64,000 bases of DNA from a virus (IMGVR_UViG_3300001487_000119:128001-192000); one strand, 5' to 3'. Shown: positions 32,454 through 41,941, counted from the stretch's first letter. Translations and numbers: made by a program. The notes: a model not told the origin generated them from the sequence alone.

Positions 32454-32738
32454 TTATTTACGTATTTTTGTAATTTCGTCATCAAGACCAATATCATAAT
32501 ATCCAGTTACAGTACCTGTCAAATCCCATATAAATACCCCGTCTGCAGTAGCCATTAAAGAATTTGCGCCTTGAAATACATGCATAAGGGAATACCTTGT
32601 TTGATGCACTGGACCATTAATGTTTCCATAATTTTTATTATCCTCCTCTATACGTAAAAGATAATAGCCTGGATGTGCATTAATATTTGCTAAAAAATTT
32701 TTATCTCGTGGACTGAGTTTACAATTCAAAAAATTCAT
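32454..32738 (-). CDS. Hypothetical protein
   Basis: 94-aa ORF downstream of the RNA ligase gene. Confidence 0.6.
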   Translation of the reverse strand: MNFLNCKLSPRDKNFLANINAHPGYYLLRIEEDNKNYGNINGPVHQTRYSLMHVFQGANSLMATADGVFIWDLTGTVTGYYDIGLDDEITKIRK

Positions 32739-32783
32739 AATTATACATAATTTATTATTTTTATAATATTTTGAAAAGGATAC

Positions 32784-33722
32784 TTATTTTGTACCCTTTT
32801 CAATTTCATTTTGGTGTTCACGATACCAATTGTCAAATTTGACATACTCGTCATATCCAACTTGGGTAATTGCATTATCCAAATCATGATAGTCACAATG
32901 CTTAATCTTTACAATAATTCGTTTGCCTCGAGGATCCTTGATTGGAACAGCCGGACGGGCTACAATACCTTCTTCGAGATAATCAGGATTTGATACATTT
33001 GGAACCCGGGTTTTGAATCCTTTACGAACCATCGCTTCTGCTGCATCAATAGTCAGTTGACCAAGATACGGTACAACATCAAGACCAAGCTTTTGTGCAT
33101 AATCATTTAGCATATCAATTGGAACATACCAACCTTGTACACAGATATCAAAGATAGAAAAACGGTTGTTATCTTTGTCATAGTTACCGCCGGCTTGGAT
33201 TTTCTTACCATAGAATTCACCGTAAATATATACAGGTACTTCCTCATATTCAACCACATACACACCTTCATGCGTTGATTTATCAATAGGCTCATTTGGA
33301 CGATAACCTTCAGCTACATCAAATTCATACATAACCGGAAGATTCTTATCATTCATTTTTGGACCAAACTTGGCAGACGATGCAGGGAATAATTGAGCCA
33401 ATGTAGGCTTAATGCGATCAATAATTTTATCGATAAAGGCCTTTTGACCAGTTCCAATAATTTCAGCATTATCAGTTTTACCTGAACAGAAACACTCGCC
33501 AGTAGACGGATAATATACAATCTTGGTATTTGTTCCATCAATTTTGGAGAAACAATCAAACAAAAGACCTTTAATATATGCCATATAGTCATCAGAGAAT
33601 TGGCCATAAATAATCTTGTTTTGAAATACTTTCCATGCTGGATTAGGTAGATTTACTTTACCAAGATTTTGATAACGTTTGTACAACGTGTTAATTTTTG
33701 TGTAAGTTTGTGTTTTAGTCAT
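32784..33722 (-). CDS. ATP-dependent RNA ligase (Rnl2-like nucleotidyltransferase)
   Basis: KIDGTN (I), YGEFYG (III), FDI (IIIa), EGIV (IV), VKIK (V). Confidence 0.85.
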   Translation of the reverse strand: MTKTQTYTKINTLYKRYQNLGKVNLPNPAWKVFQNKIIYGQFSDDYMAYIKGLLFDCFSKIDGTNTKIVYYPSTGECFCSGKTDNAEIIGTGQKAFIDKIIDRIKPTLAQLFPASSAKFGPKMNDKNLPVMYEFDVAEGYRPNEPIDKSTHEGVYVVEYEEVPVYIYGEFYGKKIQAGGNYDKDNNRFSIFDICVQGWYVPIDMLNDYAQKLGLDVVPYLGQLTIDAAEAMVRKGFKTRVPNVSNPDYLEEGIVARPAVPIKDPRGKRIIVKIKHCDYHDLDNAITQVGYDEYVKFDNWYREHQNEIEKGTK

Positions 33723-33747
33723 AAATTTATTGTTTTTAAAATTATAA

Positions 33748-33787
33748 TGCAAAAATAATACTTTTTATTTAAATTAAAAAATAGAAG
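33748..33787 (-). promoter_or_regulatory. Early promoter repeat (copy 5)
   Basis: 40-bp consensus match abutting the upstream gene's TAA. Confidence 0.8.
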
Positions 33788-34444
33788 TTAATTATAATCA
33801 TTATCTTCGCGTTCGTCATAATTATTTTTTGCATTATTTAATATGCTATAAACATTATGTAAAACAGTTGGTGTCATCCATTCTGGAATTATTAATTTTA
33901 AATCATTAAAATCAATATTTAAATTAGATGCATCTGTTAATGTTTTTAAAATTTCAACAAGTGGTTTATTGCGAGTTGCATTTTCAATATAGTCTTTACA
34001 ATATTTGATTTCTGCACCTGAAATATTTGTAATTCGCAGTTTTTGTTTGCATCGAGTTTTTTCAATGCCAAACATATTAAATGTAATACAAGAATCTTGA
34101 TAGGGGTGAAAATCATTAGATTCTATCCAATTTTCATTTTCTCTTAATAAATCGTAATCTTCAAGTGTTACATTAATATATTGATTATTAATATAATTGA
34201 CACGACCAAGATGACCTTTGCCATTTAAATCAATAACCTTTACATAATCACCATTTTGAAGATTTGCAAAACTTTCTTTTATTTCAAAATGGTCAACTAA
34301 TGCCATTGGAAATACAGAATCAATTACTTCTGGAGTAATACCATCTGTATTTGGCTCTACTTCTATTTGCAGATTTTTAGTTTCACTTCCAATAGCTTTT
34401 TGACCAATTGCATTTAAATGCAAAACTATATTAACTTTTTCCAT
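33788..34444 (-). CDS. Hypothetical early protein
   Basis: 218-aa ORF between two promoter repeats. Confidence 0.7.
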   Translation of the reverse strand: MEKVNIVLHLNAIGQKAIGSETKNLQIEVEPNTDGITPEVIDSVFPMALVDHFEIKESFANLQNGDYVKVIDLNGKGHLGRVNYINNQYINVTLEDYDLLRENENWIESNDFHPYQDSCITFNMFGIEKTRCKQKLRITNISGAEIKYCKDYIENATRNKPLVEILKTLTDASNLNIDFNDLKLIIPEWMTPTVLHNVYSILNNAKNNYDEREDNDYN

Positions 34445-34467
34445 AATATATAATTTTTAAATTTCGA

Positions 34468-34507
34468 TGTAAAAATAATACTTTTTGTTTAAACTAAAAA
34501 ATAGATG
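34468..34507 (-). promoter_or_regulatory. Early promoter repeat (copy 6)
   Basis: 40-bp match with a few substitutions. Confidence 0.75.
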
Positions 34508-34509
34508 CT

Positions 34510-34923
34510 TTATTTTGTTAAATTGAGTTTTTCTAATAATGGAAATACATAAAGTTGAAGTTTTTTCATTTTATCAATATCTTTTGCTTTCATAAATTTA
34601 TGCAATTCGTAATCATATGTTTCATATGCAGTCATTTGTGCATCGGCTTTTGAATAACGTGAGCATTCCCAGTCAATTACCATTGCAAGATAATCATAAT
34701 CTTTATTGCCTGTATATGCCCAATGATGACGAGCATGTGTGCGATGATATTGCTTTACTCGAGGATAATCTTTCCAAATCCACATTAAAAATGGTTTTTC
34801 GATATCATGTAATAGAAATCGTGGATGCCAAACACCGAGTAACATTGCAACCAATTGAAAAGATCTCCAGTGTGCAAACCAATAAGCAAATGATGATTTT
34901 TCTGTGTCTTTAAAAAGTTTCAT
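34510..34923 (-). CDS. DUF5662-like HD-superfamily protein
   Basis: H...HDIEK...HRTHARHHW...MVIDW. Confidence 0.65.
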   Translation of the reverse strand: MKLFKDTEKSSFAYWFAHWRSFQLVAMLLGVWHPRFLLHDIEKPFLMWIWKDYPRVKQYHRTHARHHWAYTGNKDYDYLAMVIDWECSRYSKADAQMTAYETYDYELHKFMKAKDIDKMKKLQLYVFPLLEKLNLTK

Positions 34924-34973
34924 AATTCTATTATTTTTTAATTATTAAATAACTTATTTTAACCAAATTGCAA

Positions 34974-35013
34974 TGCAAAAATAATACTTTTTATTTAAAC
35001 TAAAAAATAGAAG
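34974..35013 (-). promoter_or_regulatory. Early promoter repeat (copy 7)
   Basis: 40-bp consensus match. Confidence 0.8.
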
Positions 35014-35061
35014 CTTTATAAAATAATCAATAAATAATAAAATTATTTAAAAGATATTTAA

Positions 35062-35940
35062 ATGGCTAATTATTATCAAAAAGAAGATACATCTGAATTC
35101 TTTAGAACACCTGAGTGGATGATAGAAAAGTGTTATGAAATGATTCCTAATGCTAAAACTATTATAGATCCATGCGCTGGTGATTGCGGACTAGAGGATT
35201 TTACCAGAGATATTGAATATACATTATTAGATTTGAATCCGAGAAGCCATGTTATTGAACAAGCAGATTTCTTAAAATGGACAACAGACAAACATTTTGA
35301 TGCAGCTATCTGTAATCCGCCATTTGGATTGAAGAATGAGTTTCTTGAACATTTATTTGAATTTACCGATGAAGTTGTTTATATTGCCCCATTAAAATCT
35401 ATTATTAATGATTGGTATGATCATATATATGACATTTATTTAGATTGGCGAATTCCATATTTTGGATTTGGAATATTAACAAGTGTTGCAATATTTCATC
35501 TTAAGAAACAATCTAATAGGCTATCTAAAGAAGATATTAGAAGAAAATATATGATGAAGCTTGTTCCAGGAATTAATACTATATGTGAATATACTGATCA
35601 TCATATTAAAAATTCTTGGGGTTTATATGTTCCGATAACAAAAGCAAATATTGTCAGAAATAATGAATTGCTTCGTGAAGAATATATTTTTGAACCCGGT
35701 GATGAATCTGTTTTTATTGCAAGAAAAGCATCTATTAATAATCAAGCAGGCGATAAATTATATCGTTATGTAATATATACAAAAACAAAAGAAGAAGCCG
35801 AACATATAATAAACATATACAAAGAGAAAGAGGAATATGTCAGGAATTATGCATATCAATATGGAAATAATATTCTGGATATAAGATGGATTCCACTATT
35901 AGTTAAAAATGAAAACAGAAAAAATTACGAGTTGTTTTAA
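35062..35940 (+). CDS. N6-adenine DNA methyltransferase
   Basis: FFRTP, IDPCAGDC (motif I), ADFL, CNPPF (motif IV). Confidence 0.8.
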   Translation: MANYYQKEDTSEFFRTPEWMIEKCYEMIPNAKTIIDPCAGDCGLEDFTRDIEYTLLDLNPRSHVIEQADFLKWTTDKHFDAAICNPPFGLKNEFLEHLFEFTDEVVYIAPLKSIINDWYDHIYDIYLDWRIPYFGFGILTSVAIFHLKKQSNRLSKEDIRRKYMMKLVPGINTICEYTDHHIKNSWGLYVPITKANIVRNNELLREEYIFEPGDESVFIARKASINNQAGDKLYRYVIYTKTKEEAEHIINIYKEKEEYVRNYAYQYGNNILDIRWIPLLVKNENRKNYELF

Positions 35941-35944
35941 TCAT

Positions 35945-36079
35945 ATGAAAAATGGTTTATTGAAAGTTTGTTCTTGGATATTAAATATAATTGGTCTTAT
36001 ATTTAGTTTACCTGGTGTTTTATTAATATATATTGGAACTACATTTGCAGATTGGGCTGATATACTAAATGAACTTTAA
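35945..36079 (+). CDS. Small membrane protein (44 aa)
   Basis: MKNGLLKVCSWILNIIGLIFSLPGVLLIYIG...; fills the gap between flanking genes. Confidence 0.55.
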   Translation: MKNGLLKVCSWILNIIGLIFSLPGVLLIYIGTTFADWADILNEL

Positions 36080-36084
36080 TAATT

Positions 36085-36453
36085 ATGTGGAAAGAAGAAG
36101 ATAAAATAGTAAATGGTTTGTATTTTAAGCAAACATGTGTTATTGCACCAGAACAATATGATGTTTTTCTGGATGGAAAATATGTTGCATATGTTAGATG
36201 TCGGTTTGGTAGATTAACAGTTAATCCAGTGAATATTGAATTAATTATTCCAAATATTGTTAATATATCAGATTTTGATTATGAAAAAATAATGGATGAT
36301 AATAGACAATATGAAATTGGAATAGATTTTAATACACAGATTTATTTCAAAGAATGGAAAGATGATGAATTTAAATCAGACATTCCAAAAGAAGAATTTG
36401 AAAATATTACAAATGCAATATATAATTATTTAAAAGAAAAAGAAGAGAAATGA
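36085..36453 (+). CDS. Hypothetical protein
   Basis: 122 aa, TCxxxPEQYDV...YVRCRFG. Confidence 0.7.
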   Translation: MWKEEDKIVNGLYFKQTCVIAPEQYDVFLDGKYVAYVRCRFGRLTVNPVNIELIIPNIVNISDFDYEKIMDDNRQYEIGIDFNTQIYFKEWKDDEFKSDIPKEEFENITNAIYNYLKEKEEK

Positions 36454-36486
36454 GTCTCTTCTTTATTTTTTAATAAATATATTGAT

Positions 36487-37320
36487 ATGAAAAACTATAA
36501 TAAAATATTAGAGGCTGTAAATAGAGGGATTAAATTTGCATTAGATGACTTTGAAGATAATGAAAATATTCAAGGTCAAGTTAACAGTAAAATTAATCAT
36601 CAACATGGAACTAAAGAATGGTTGGATTTAATAAATGATGTAGTAGATTTAGAACTGCCTTCAGGAACTTTATGGTGTAAGTATAATCTTGGTGTTAATC
36701 CAAACTAGTTAACTGAACCTGGTGGCTGGTATGGTGATTATTATGCATGGGGAGAATTAAAACCAAATAAATCCGAATTCAGTTGGTCTACATATAAATA
36801 TGCTGAACATTATACTGATTTATCTGAAAAAGAGAGTTTAACTAAATATTGTAATGATCCTAAATATGGTTTACATGGTTTTACAGATAATTTAACTTAG
36901 CTTCTTTCAGAAGATGATGCGGCTTATCAAAAAAAGAAACTTTATAATTATAAATTCTATATTCCAACTAAAGAACAGTGTGAAGAATTATTGAAATATA
37001 CTAATAAATTTTGGGTTAATAATTATGATCCTAATAAAACATTTCATAATCCAAAAGATGATGAAGGAATTCAAGGATTGTATGGCAGAATATTTGAAGG
37101 AAGAAATGGAAATCAATTGTTTATTCCAGCAGCCGGTTATGGCAATCAATATAGTTCTGATATTGTATGTATCGGTTCTAATTGTAATATATGGTCTTCA
37201 AGTTTTAACTTAGACGGTGCTATTAATGCTTATTACTTGTATTTTGATCAGGCCAATATCAAATTGTTCGATGATGAACGTTGCTACGGTTTCACTGTTC
37301 GCCCAGTAATAAAATTATAA
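36487..37320 (+). CDS. Leader + FISUMP/DUF1566-like protein, paralogue 5 (TAG-recoded)
   Basis: Same leader, VDLELPSGTLW, YGDYYAWGE, FIPAAG, IWSSS, GFTVRPV; two TAGs. Confidence 0.78.
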
Positions 37321-37341
37321 TAAAATGAAAACTAAATAAAA

Positions 37342-37905
37342 ATGAATGATTAGTATAAAAGAACACATGCTCCAAAGAAAAGTGAGAATGTAAAATATCA
37401 TCAAGGTTATTATATTCCTGAACATCCAGAAAAATGGTTGACATAGGAAAATGTATTTAGAAGTGGTTGGGAATTTACTTTTATGCGATGGTGTGATCAA
37501 AATCCATCAGTATTAAAAGTTGCATCAGAACCTATTGGAATTAAATATTTAGATCCAACCGGAAATCTTGAATACTGTATGAAACATAATTTAGATCCGA
37601 ATAATCCGCAAAATTGGAAAGTCCGGACATATTATACAGATTTCTGGATTGAAATAGCAGATGAAACGAAACCGGATGGGAAGAAAAGAATTTTTATAGA
37701 AATAAAACCATATGATTAGACACAATGTCCAAAACCATTAACTGAATCTGCAACATTAAAAGAACATAAAGCATATAATAGAGCTGCATAGACATTTTTA
37801 GTTAACTAGAGTAAATGGACCGCCGCTAAAAAATACTTTGAAGAAAGAGGTGCAGAATTTATGGTGGTAACAGAAAGAACATTACAACAATTGGGATTAT
37901 TATAA
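37342..37905 (+). CDS. T4 gp4-like head completion nuclease (TnsA-N fold; TAG-recoded)
   Basis: QGYY.P.HPEK, RSGWE, WCD.NP, SEP, YYTDF, EIKPYD(TAG)T, VN(TAG)SKW. Confidence 0.85.
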
Positions 37906-37951
37906 TAAAAAAATAAAGGTTCTAAGATTTTAACTTAGAATCTTTTTAATA

Positions 37952-39211
37952 TTATCTACGTCTTGAAGAACCGCCAGAGCTCCTACTACTTCCACCATTA
38001 TAACTTCCAGAACTTTTGCTCACATTTCCACTTGATCTAGAACTTCTACTGTAACTTTCTGAACTTCTAGTTGTCGAACTAGTTGAGGAACTTCTGCTAG
38101 GTGAAGAACTATAACTTCCACCGCTTCTATAAGATGAAGAAGAATTTGATCTTACTTGCCCATTATTTGTCCTCTGATGTGTCGAAACTATTGACCTATT
38201 AGAATTATTAGATGAATGAGTTTGTGACGTTCTAGATACCCCAGATTGACTTGTGGAGCGTTGTGTAGATGTACTAGCAGATGTTGTTCTTTGCGATTGT
38301 GAAGTTTGTGTTCTTTGAATATTTCCGCTTGTTCTTTGGCTTGCTATTGTTGATTGGCCTCTTTGAGAACTTCCACTTCTTTGAACTGCTGTATTTCTGC
38401 TGTCAAATGTTCTTGATGAAGTAGAATTAAAATTAGGTTGTCTAACTCCACTATTTCTTTGGCTTACACCGGTTTTATGGAATTCACTTGCATTTCTAAT
38501 ATCTGTATGACGTTTATTAAAAGAATTATCAGGATGTGAAACAGCATAGTCACGGCAAGAAACACTATTATGAATAGCATGATAATTATGATGTGGATGA
38601 CGTCCGTGTCTGAATGAACAATAATGATGGTGATAATGATGGAATCGATAGCATCTGTCATAATACCAATGATATGCATAACATGGACGATAATACCACC
38701 AACTTGGCCAATAACCCCAATACCATGGTGACTCCCAGCAATACCAACGTGCTGACCAGAACCAGTTATAGATCACAGGACGATAGACATAAACGGGTTC
38801 TATAATATAATTTGTTCCATAAATATATTCATCACCTATAATTTGAACTGATACCTCTTGTGTTTTAGTATCTTTTTCAACATAAATAGACGCAACATCT
38901 TGATATATGTCTTTTGCAAGAACAGCTTGAATAACAATTAATTTATTATCTGCTGTACCAGCTTCAACAACTCGTAAATAATCTATTTGATTATCACCAT
39001 TTAGATCTAGATTTGAAAATGCACTGTCAGGATTATTAAGCATATTTTCAAATTGTTCTGTAGTACTTGCTTCTGCAAAAAGTTTAGCTATTACTTTAAG
39101 ATCTAAACTTTGTGAAATATCTTCACTATTAGCAGAAACCGTGATTGTTTCTTCTGCAAAGGTTAATACTCCCATTAACATCAATGCCAAAAATAAAAAT
39201 ACTCGCTTCAT
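37952..39211 (-). CDS. Host-like secreted protein: signal peptide, EF-hand-like loop, Trp/Tyr/His-rich segment, Ser/Arg/Gly-rich disordered tail
   Basis: MKRVFLFLALMLMGVLTFA, DLNGDNQID, YWGYWPSWW, HYHHHY, SSRSSGGSSRRR. Confidence 0.75.
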   Translation of the reverse strand: MKRVFLFLALMLMGVLTFAEETITVSANSEDISQSLDLKVIAKLFAEASTTEQFENMLNNPDSAFSNLDLNGDNQIDYLRVVEAGTADNKLIVIQAVLAKDIYQDVASIYVEKDTKTQEVSVQIIGDEYIYGTNYIIEPVYVYRPVIYNWFWSARWYCWESPWYWGYWPSWWYYRPCYAYHWYYDRCYRFHHYHHHYCSFRHGRHPHHNYHAIHNSVSCRDYAVSHPDNSFNKRHTDIRNASEFHKTGVSQRNSGVRQPNFNSTSSRTFDSRNTAVQRSGSSQRGQSTIASQRTSGNIQRTQTSQSQRTTSASTSTQRSTSQSGVSRTSQTHSSNNSNRSIVSTHQRTNNGQVRSNSSSSYRSGGSYSSSPSRSSSTSSTTRSSESYSRSSRSSGNVSKSSGSYNGGSSRSSGGSSRRR

Positions 39212-39271
39212 AATAGTCAGATTTTTAATTTTATTATTTATACTATTGTTTATCAATATATTAAATTATAC

Positions 39272-39288
39272 TACAAAAAGTGTGCCAG
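39272..39288 (-). promoter_or_regulatory. Sigma54-type -24/-12 element
   Basis: CTGGCACACTTTTTGTA versus consensus TGGCAC-N5-TTGC, about 60 nt upstream of the ATG at 39211. Confidence 0.5.
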
Positions 39289-39404
39289 GATTTTTGAATA
39301 TTAAAAAATGATATAAAAATATTAATCATAGTAAATAAAAACTTCCAAAACTCTATTAAATGAAGAATTTTGGAAGTTCTATAATTATTTAATAATTAAA
39401 TTAA

Positions 39405-39731
39405 TTATTCATCATAATCAGCGTCGTCTTCAAATTCTTCTTCGTCTTCTGGCTCTGGCATATTTTCAATTTCATCAGCAGCCATAGACAAAGAATCAGA
39501 AATATTACGAAGTTTTTCAGCAAGGTCTTCATATGTGTAGCAATCTGTATAAGCGCCACGTTGGCAGTTACGAACTTCATACATAAAGCTTTCAATTTCG
39601 CCAAATGCTTCTTCAAGCTGATCCAAATCTCCTAAATCCCAACCATCTCCGGCAGATTCATTAAGTGCCTTTTTAACTTGTTTTGCAACTGAAGACATTA
39701 TAGATTCATATAATTGCTTGTTTGTTTTCAT
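39405..39731 (-). CDS. Leader-bearing acidic protein
   Basis: MKTNKQLYESIMSSVAKQVKKALNES; ATAAATA upstream. Confidence 0.75.
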   Translation of the reverse strand: MKTNKQLYESIMSSVAKQVKKALNESAGDGWDLGDLDQLEEAFGEIESFMYEVRNCQRGAYTDCYTYEDLAEKLRNISDSLSMAADEIENMPEPEDEEEFEDDADYDE

Positions 39732-39773
39732 AGTTTAAAAATAAATTTATTTTTTATATTTATTTTAGTAAAA

Positions 39774-39806
39774 AAACTATTTTTGAATAATTTTTTATAA
39801 TAAATA
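39774..39806 (+). promoter_or_regulatory. Middle promoter AAACT-N17-TATAAT overlapping a late ATAAATA element, upstream of the suppressor tRNA
   Basis: AAACT 39774-39778, TATAAT 39796-39801, ATAAATA 39800-39806. Confidence 0.6.
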
Positions 39807-39826
39807 AATTGTGAACAAAAACATAT

Positions 39827-39902
39827 TGCCCTACAGCGCGTCGGTCGCGCGGATGACTCTAAATCATCGTCAGGCCAGGTTCGACTCCTGGTGGGGCAAC
39901 CA
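39827..39902 (+). tRNA. Amber suppressor tRNA (anticodon CUA), presumed Gln-charged
   Basis: Acceptor TGCCCTA/TGGGGCA, D stem GCGC/GCGC, anticodon arm GATGA-CTCTAAA-TCATC (CTA 39859-39861), T arm CCAGG-TTCGACT-CCTGG, encoded CCA. Confidence 0.93.
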
Positions 39903-39952
39903 AAAGTTTCTCATATAATAAATATAATGAGAAACTTTATTTTTTATGTTAT

Positions 39953-40504
39953 ATGTTTAAATTTGAATTGACTGAATCTAGAAAACCTGAAGATATAATG
40001 CAACAACAATATTGTGATCCAATTAAAAATGCAATTTGGAATTATGTTGCTGGATATACTACATCTGTCAATAATATATTACGTAAAGGCAAAACTAATA
40101 TATTAACTAAAGAATTAGATGAAGCCTTCAATGAATATGGAGAATCTGACATAATTGATTTTTATAGAACAGTTGATTGGGACTACATGAAAAATATTTA
40201 TGGAGTAACAAAAGAAAATATTAGAGAATTTATTGGTAAAACATTTATTAATAAAGGATATATGTCAACTTCATCTGAATTTCAATCTCCATGGGGTTCT
40301 AGATGGAATGAATGGGAATTAGTTATACACATGTATGGGGACACGCAATATATTAATGTTAATAATATATTTAATGCTGATGAAATTGATTGTGAAGGCC
40401 AAAACGAATTATTACTTCCAAGAAACACTAGACTTAAATTAGAATCTGTAAAAGTTATGAGAAACGAAGAAAAAACTTATTTGCTTGAAATGATTATAAT
40501 ATAA
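39953..40504 (+). CDS. R-S-E clade ADP-ribosyltransferase (VIP2/C3/T4 Alt-Mod-like)
   Basis: FYR, GYMSTS, GQNELLLPRNT. Confidence 0.82.
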   Translation: MFKFELTESRKPEDIMQQQYCDPIKNAIWNYVAGYTTSVNNILRKGKTNILTKELDEAFNEYGESDIIDFYRTVDWDYMKNIYGVTKENIREFIGKTFINKGYMSTSSEFQSPWGSRWNEWELVIHMYGDTQYINVNNIFNADEIDCEGQNELLLPRNTRLKLESVKVMRNEEKTYLLEMIII

Positions 40505-40521
40505 AAATAAGTTTGATTTTA

Positions 40522-40872
40522 ATGATAACTTTTGAATATGATGGAAAAATTTATAAACCATCAAATCTTGAGAAAAAATTAAAAAAGTTGGGTATCACAA
40601 TAAATGATATTAAAATTATTGATGATATTGATACAAAAGCTGAAACTGAAAGAAAAGAAAAAGTTGAACAACAACAAAATTTAGAACATATAGTTTCTTT
40701 ATATTGGGACTCTAAATGTAAAGGATGGTATGAAAATGAATCATATAAAGAAATTCCAATGTGGGTAAATGAAGATATTAAAAGTGGTAGATTTATTTAT
40801 GTAGGCAATTATAATGTAAATGAATTATATGAAGCTAAAAAGATTAATTTTTTAAAAATGATAAATCATTAA
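40522..40872 (+). CDS. Hypothetical protein
   Basis: ORF directly following the ART gene. Confidence 0.6.
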   Translation: MITFEYDGKIYKPSNLEKKLKKLGITINDIKIIDDIDTKAETERKEKVEQQQNLEHIVSLYWDSKCKGWYENESYKEIPMWVNEDIKSGRFIYVGNYNVNELYEAKKINFLKMINH

Positions 40873-40899
40873 AACTTTTAATAATAAATAACATATAAT
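40872..40899 (+). promoter_or_regulatory. Putative middle promoter AAACT-N17-TATAAT
   Basis: Exact motif and spacing. Confidence 0.6.
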
Positions 40900-41013
40900 A
40901 TTTGATAATAGAAAATTCTTCTATAGTATCAGGATTGTTTTTAGATCCTTTGAGAATTGTTAAAGATTCGATGATATTGTAGAGAAGTTAATAAAAATAA
41001 ATTTTAATGACTT

Positions 41014-41862
41014 ATGAAAACAACTAATTATTCAAACATGTCAGCTATTGCTGTCAACAAATCTCTTTTAAAAGAGTATCAAACTTCTTATGGAAGAACT
41101 GTTTATCTTGACAAGGATTCCGAATTCCAAATTAAATTATTTAATCCTACTACAGAAACTATTGCTGCAGAAGTTTTTGTCAATGAAAAATCTCTTGGAG
41201 AAAAAATTGTTATTCGCCCAGGCCAGTTGATTTGGCTAGAACGTTATTTAGATGAAGCTAAGAAATTTAGATTTGACACTTATGAAGTAGATGCTAATGT
41301 AGAAGAGGTTAAACAAGCTATTAGAAATAATGGTGATATTAAAGTAAAATTCTATAAAGAAAAACAACATTATAATTGGACTAGAGGATTACATGATCTT
41401 ATAAATCATCCATATTATGGAAAAGTTGAAATTAATTATAATTCTGTACCAAAAAATTGGAATGATATTACATGTTCAACCAATGATTTAGTAGGAACAT
41501 CACTTACTTCTAATATTGCAACAATGGATTCATATTCATGCAATTATTCTGCATCATATGGAACAGTTGATACTGCTATGACGACTGCACCAAAAACTAA
41601 AGTTAAAAGCAGAGGAATGTCACAACCAACTGAAACAGGACGTGTAGAAAAAGGTGGTTATTCAAATCAAAGATTTACTACAATAGATTTGGATATTGAG
41701 AGCTGGCCGTTTGCAACTGAAGAGATCAAGCTTCTTCCAAAATCGCAGAAACCTGTTTATAAAGAAGATTTAGAAAAGTTATATTGTTCGCAATGTGGAC
41801 GTAAAGTTAAAACAAAATTTAAATATTGCCCATTCTGTGGAGAAAAACTTTAGGATATTTGA
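41014..41862 (+). CDS. Conserved phage protein with C-terminal zinc ribbon
   Basis: CSQC...CPFC; TAG at 41851-41853 followed by two codons and TGA TAA TAA. Confidence 0.75.
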
Positions 41863-41901
41863 TAATAAAATAGGTTGCTTGAAAAAGTAACCTATTTTTA
41901 A

Positions 41902-41941
41902 CTTCTATTTTTTACTTTAAGAAAAAAGTATTATTTTTGCA
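41902..41941 (+). promoter_or_regulatory. Early promoter repeat (copy 8)
   Basis: CTTCTATTTTTTACTTTAAGAAAAAAGTATTATTTTTGCA. Confidence 0.8.

Noticed and set aside
37342-37905. TnsA transposase of a Tn7-like element
   Set aside because: Motifs match the T4 gp4 head-completion family; no tnsB/C genes or transposon ends.
39827-39902. Pyrrolysine tRNA
   Set aside because: Has a 5-bp anticodon stem, D-loop GG and TTC T-loop, unlike tRNA-Pyl; alignments indicate Gln; no pyl genes seen.
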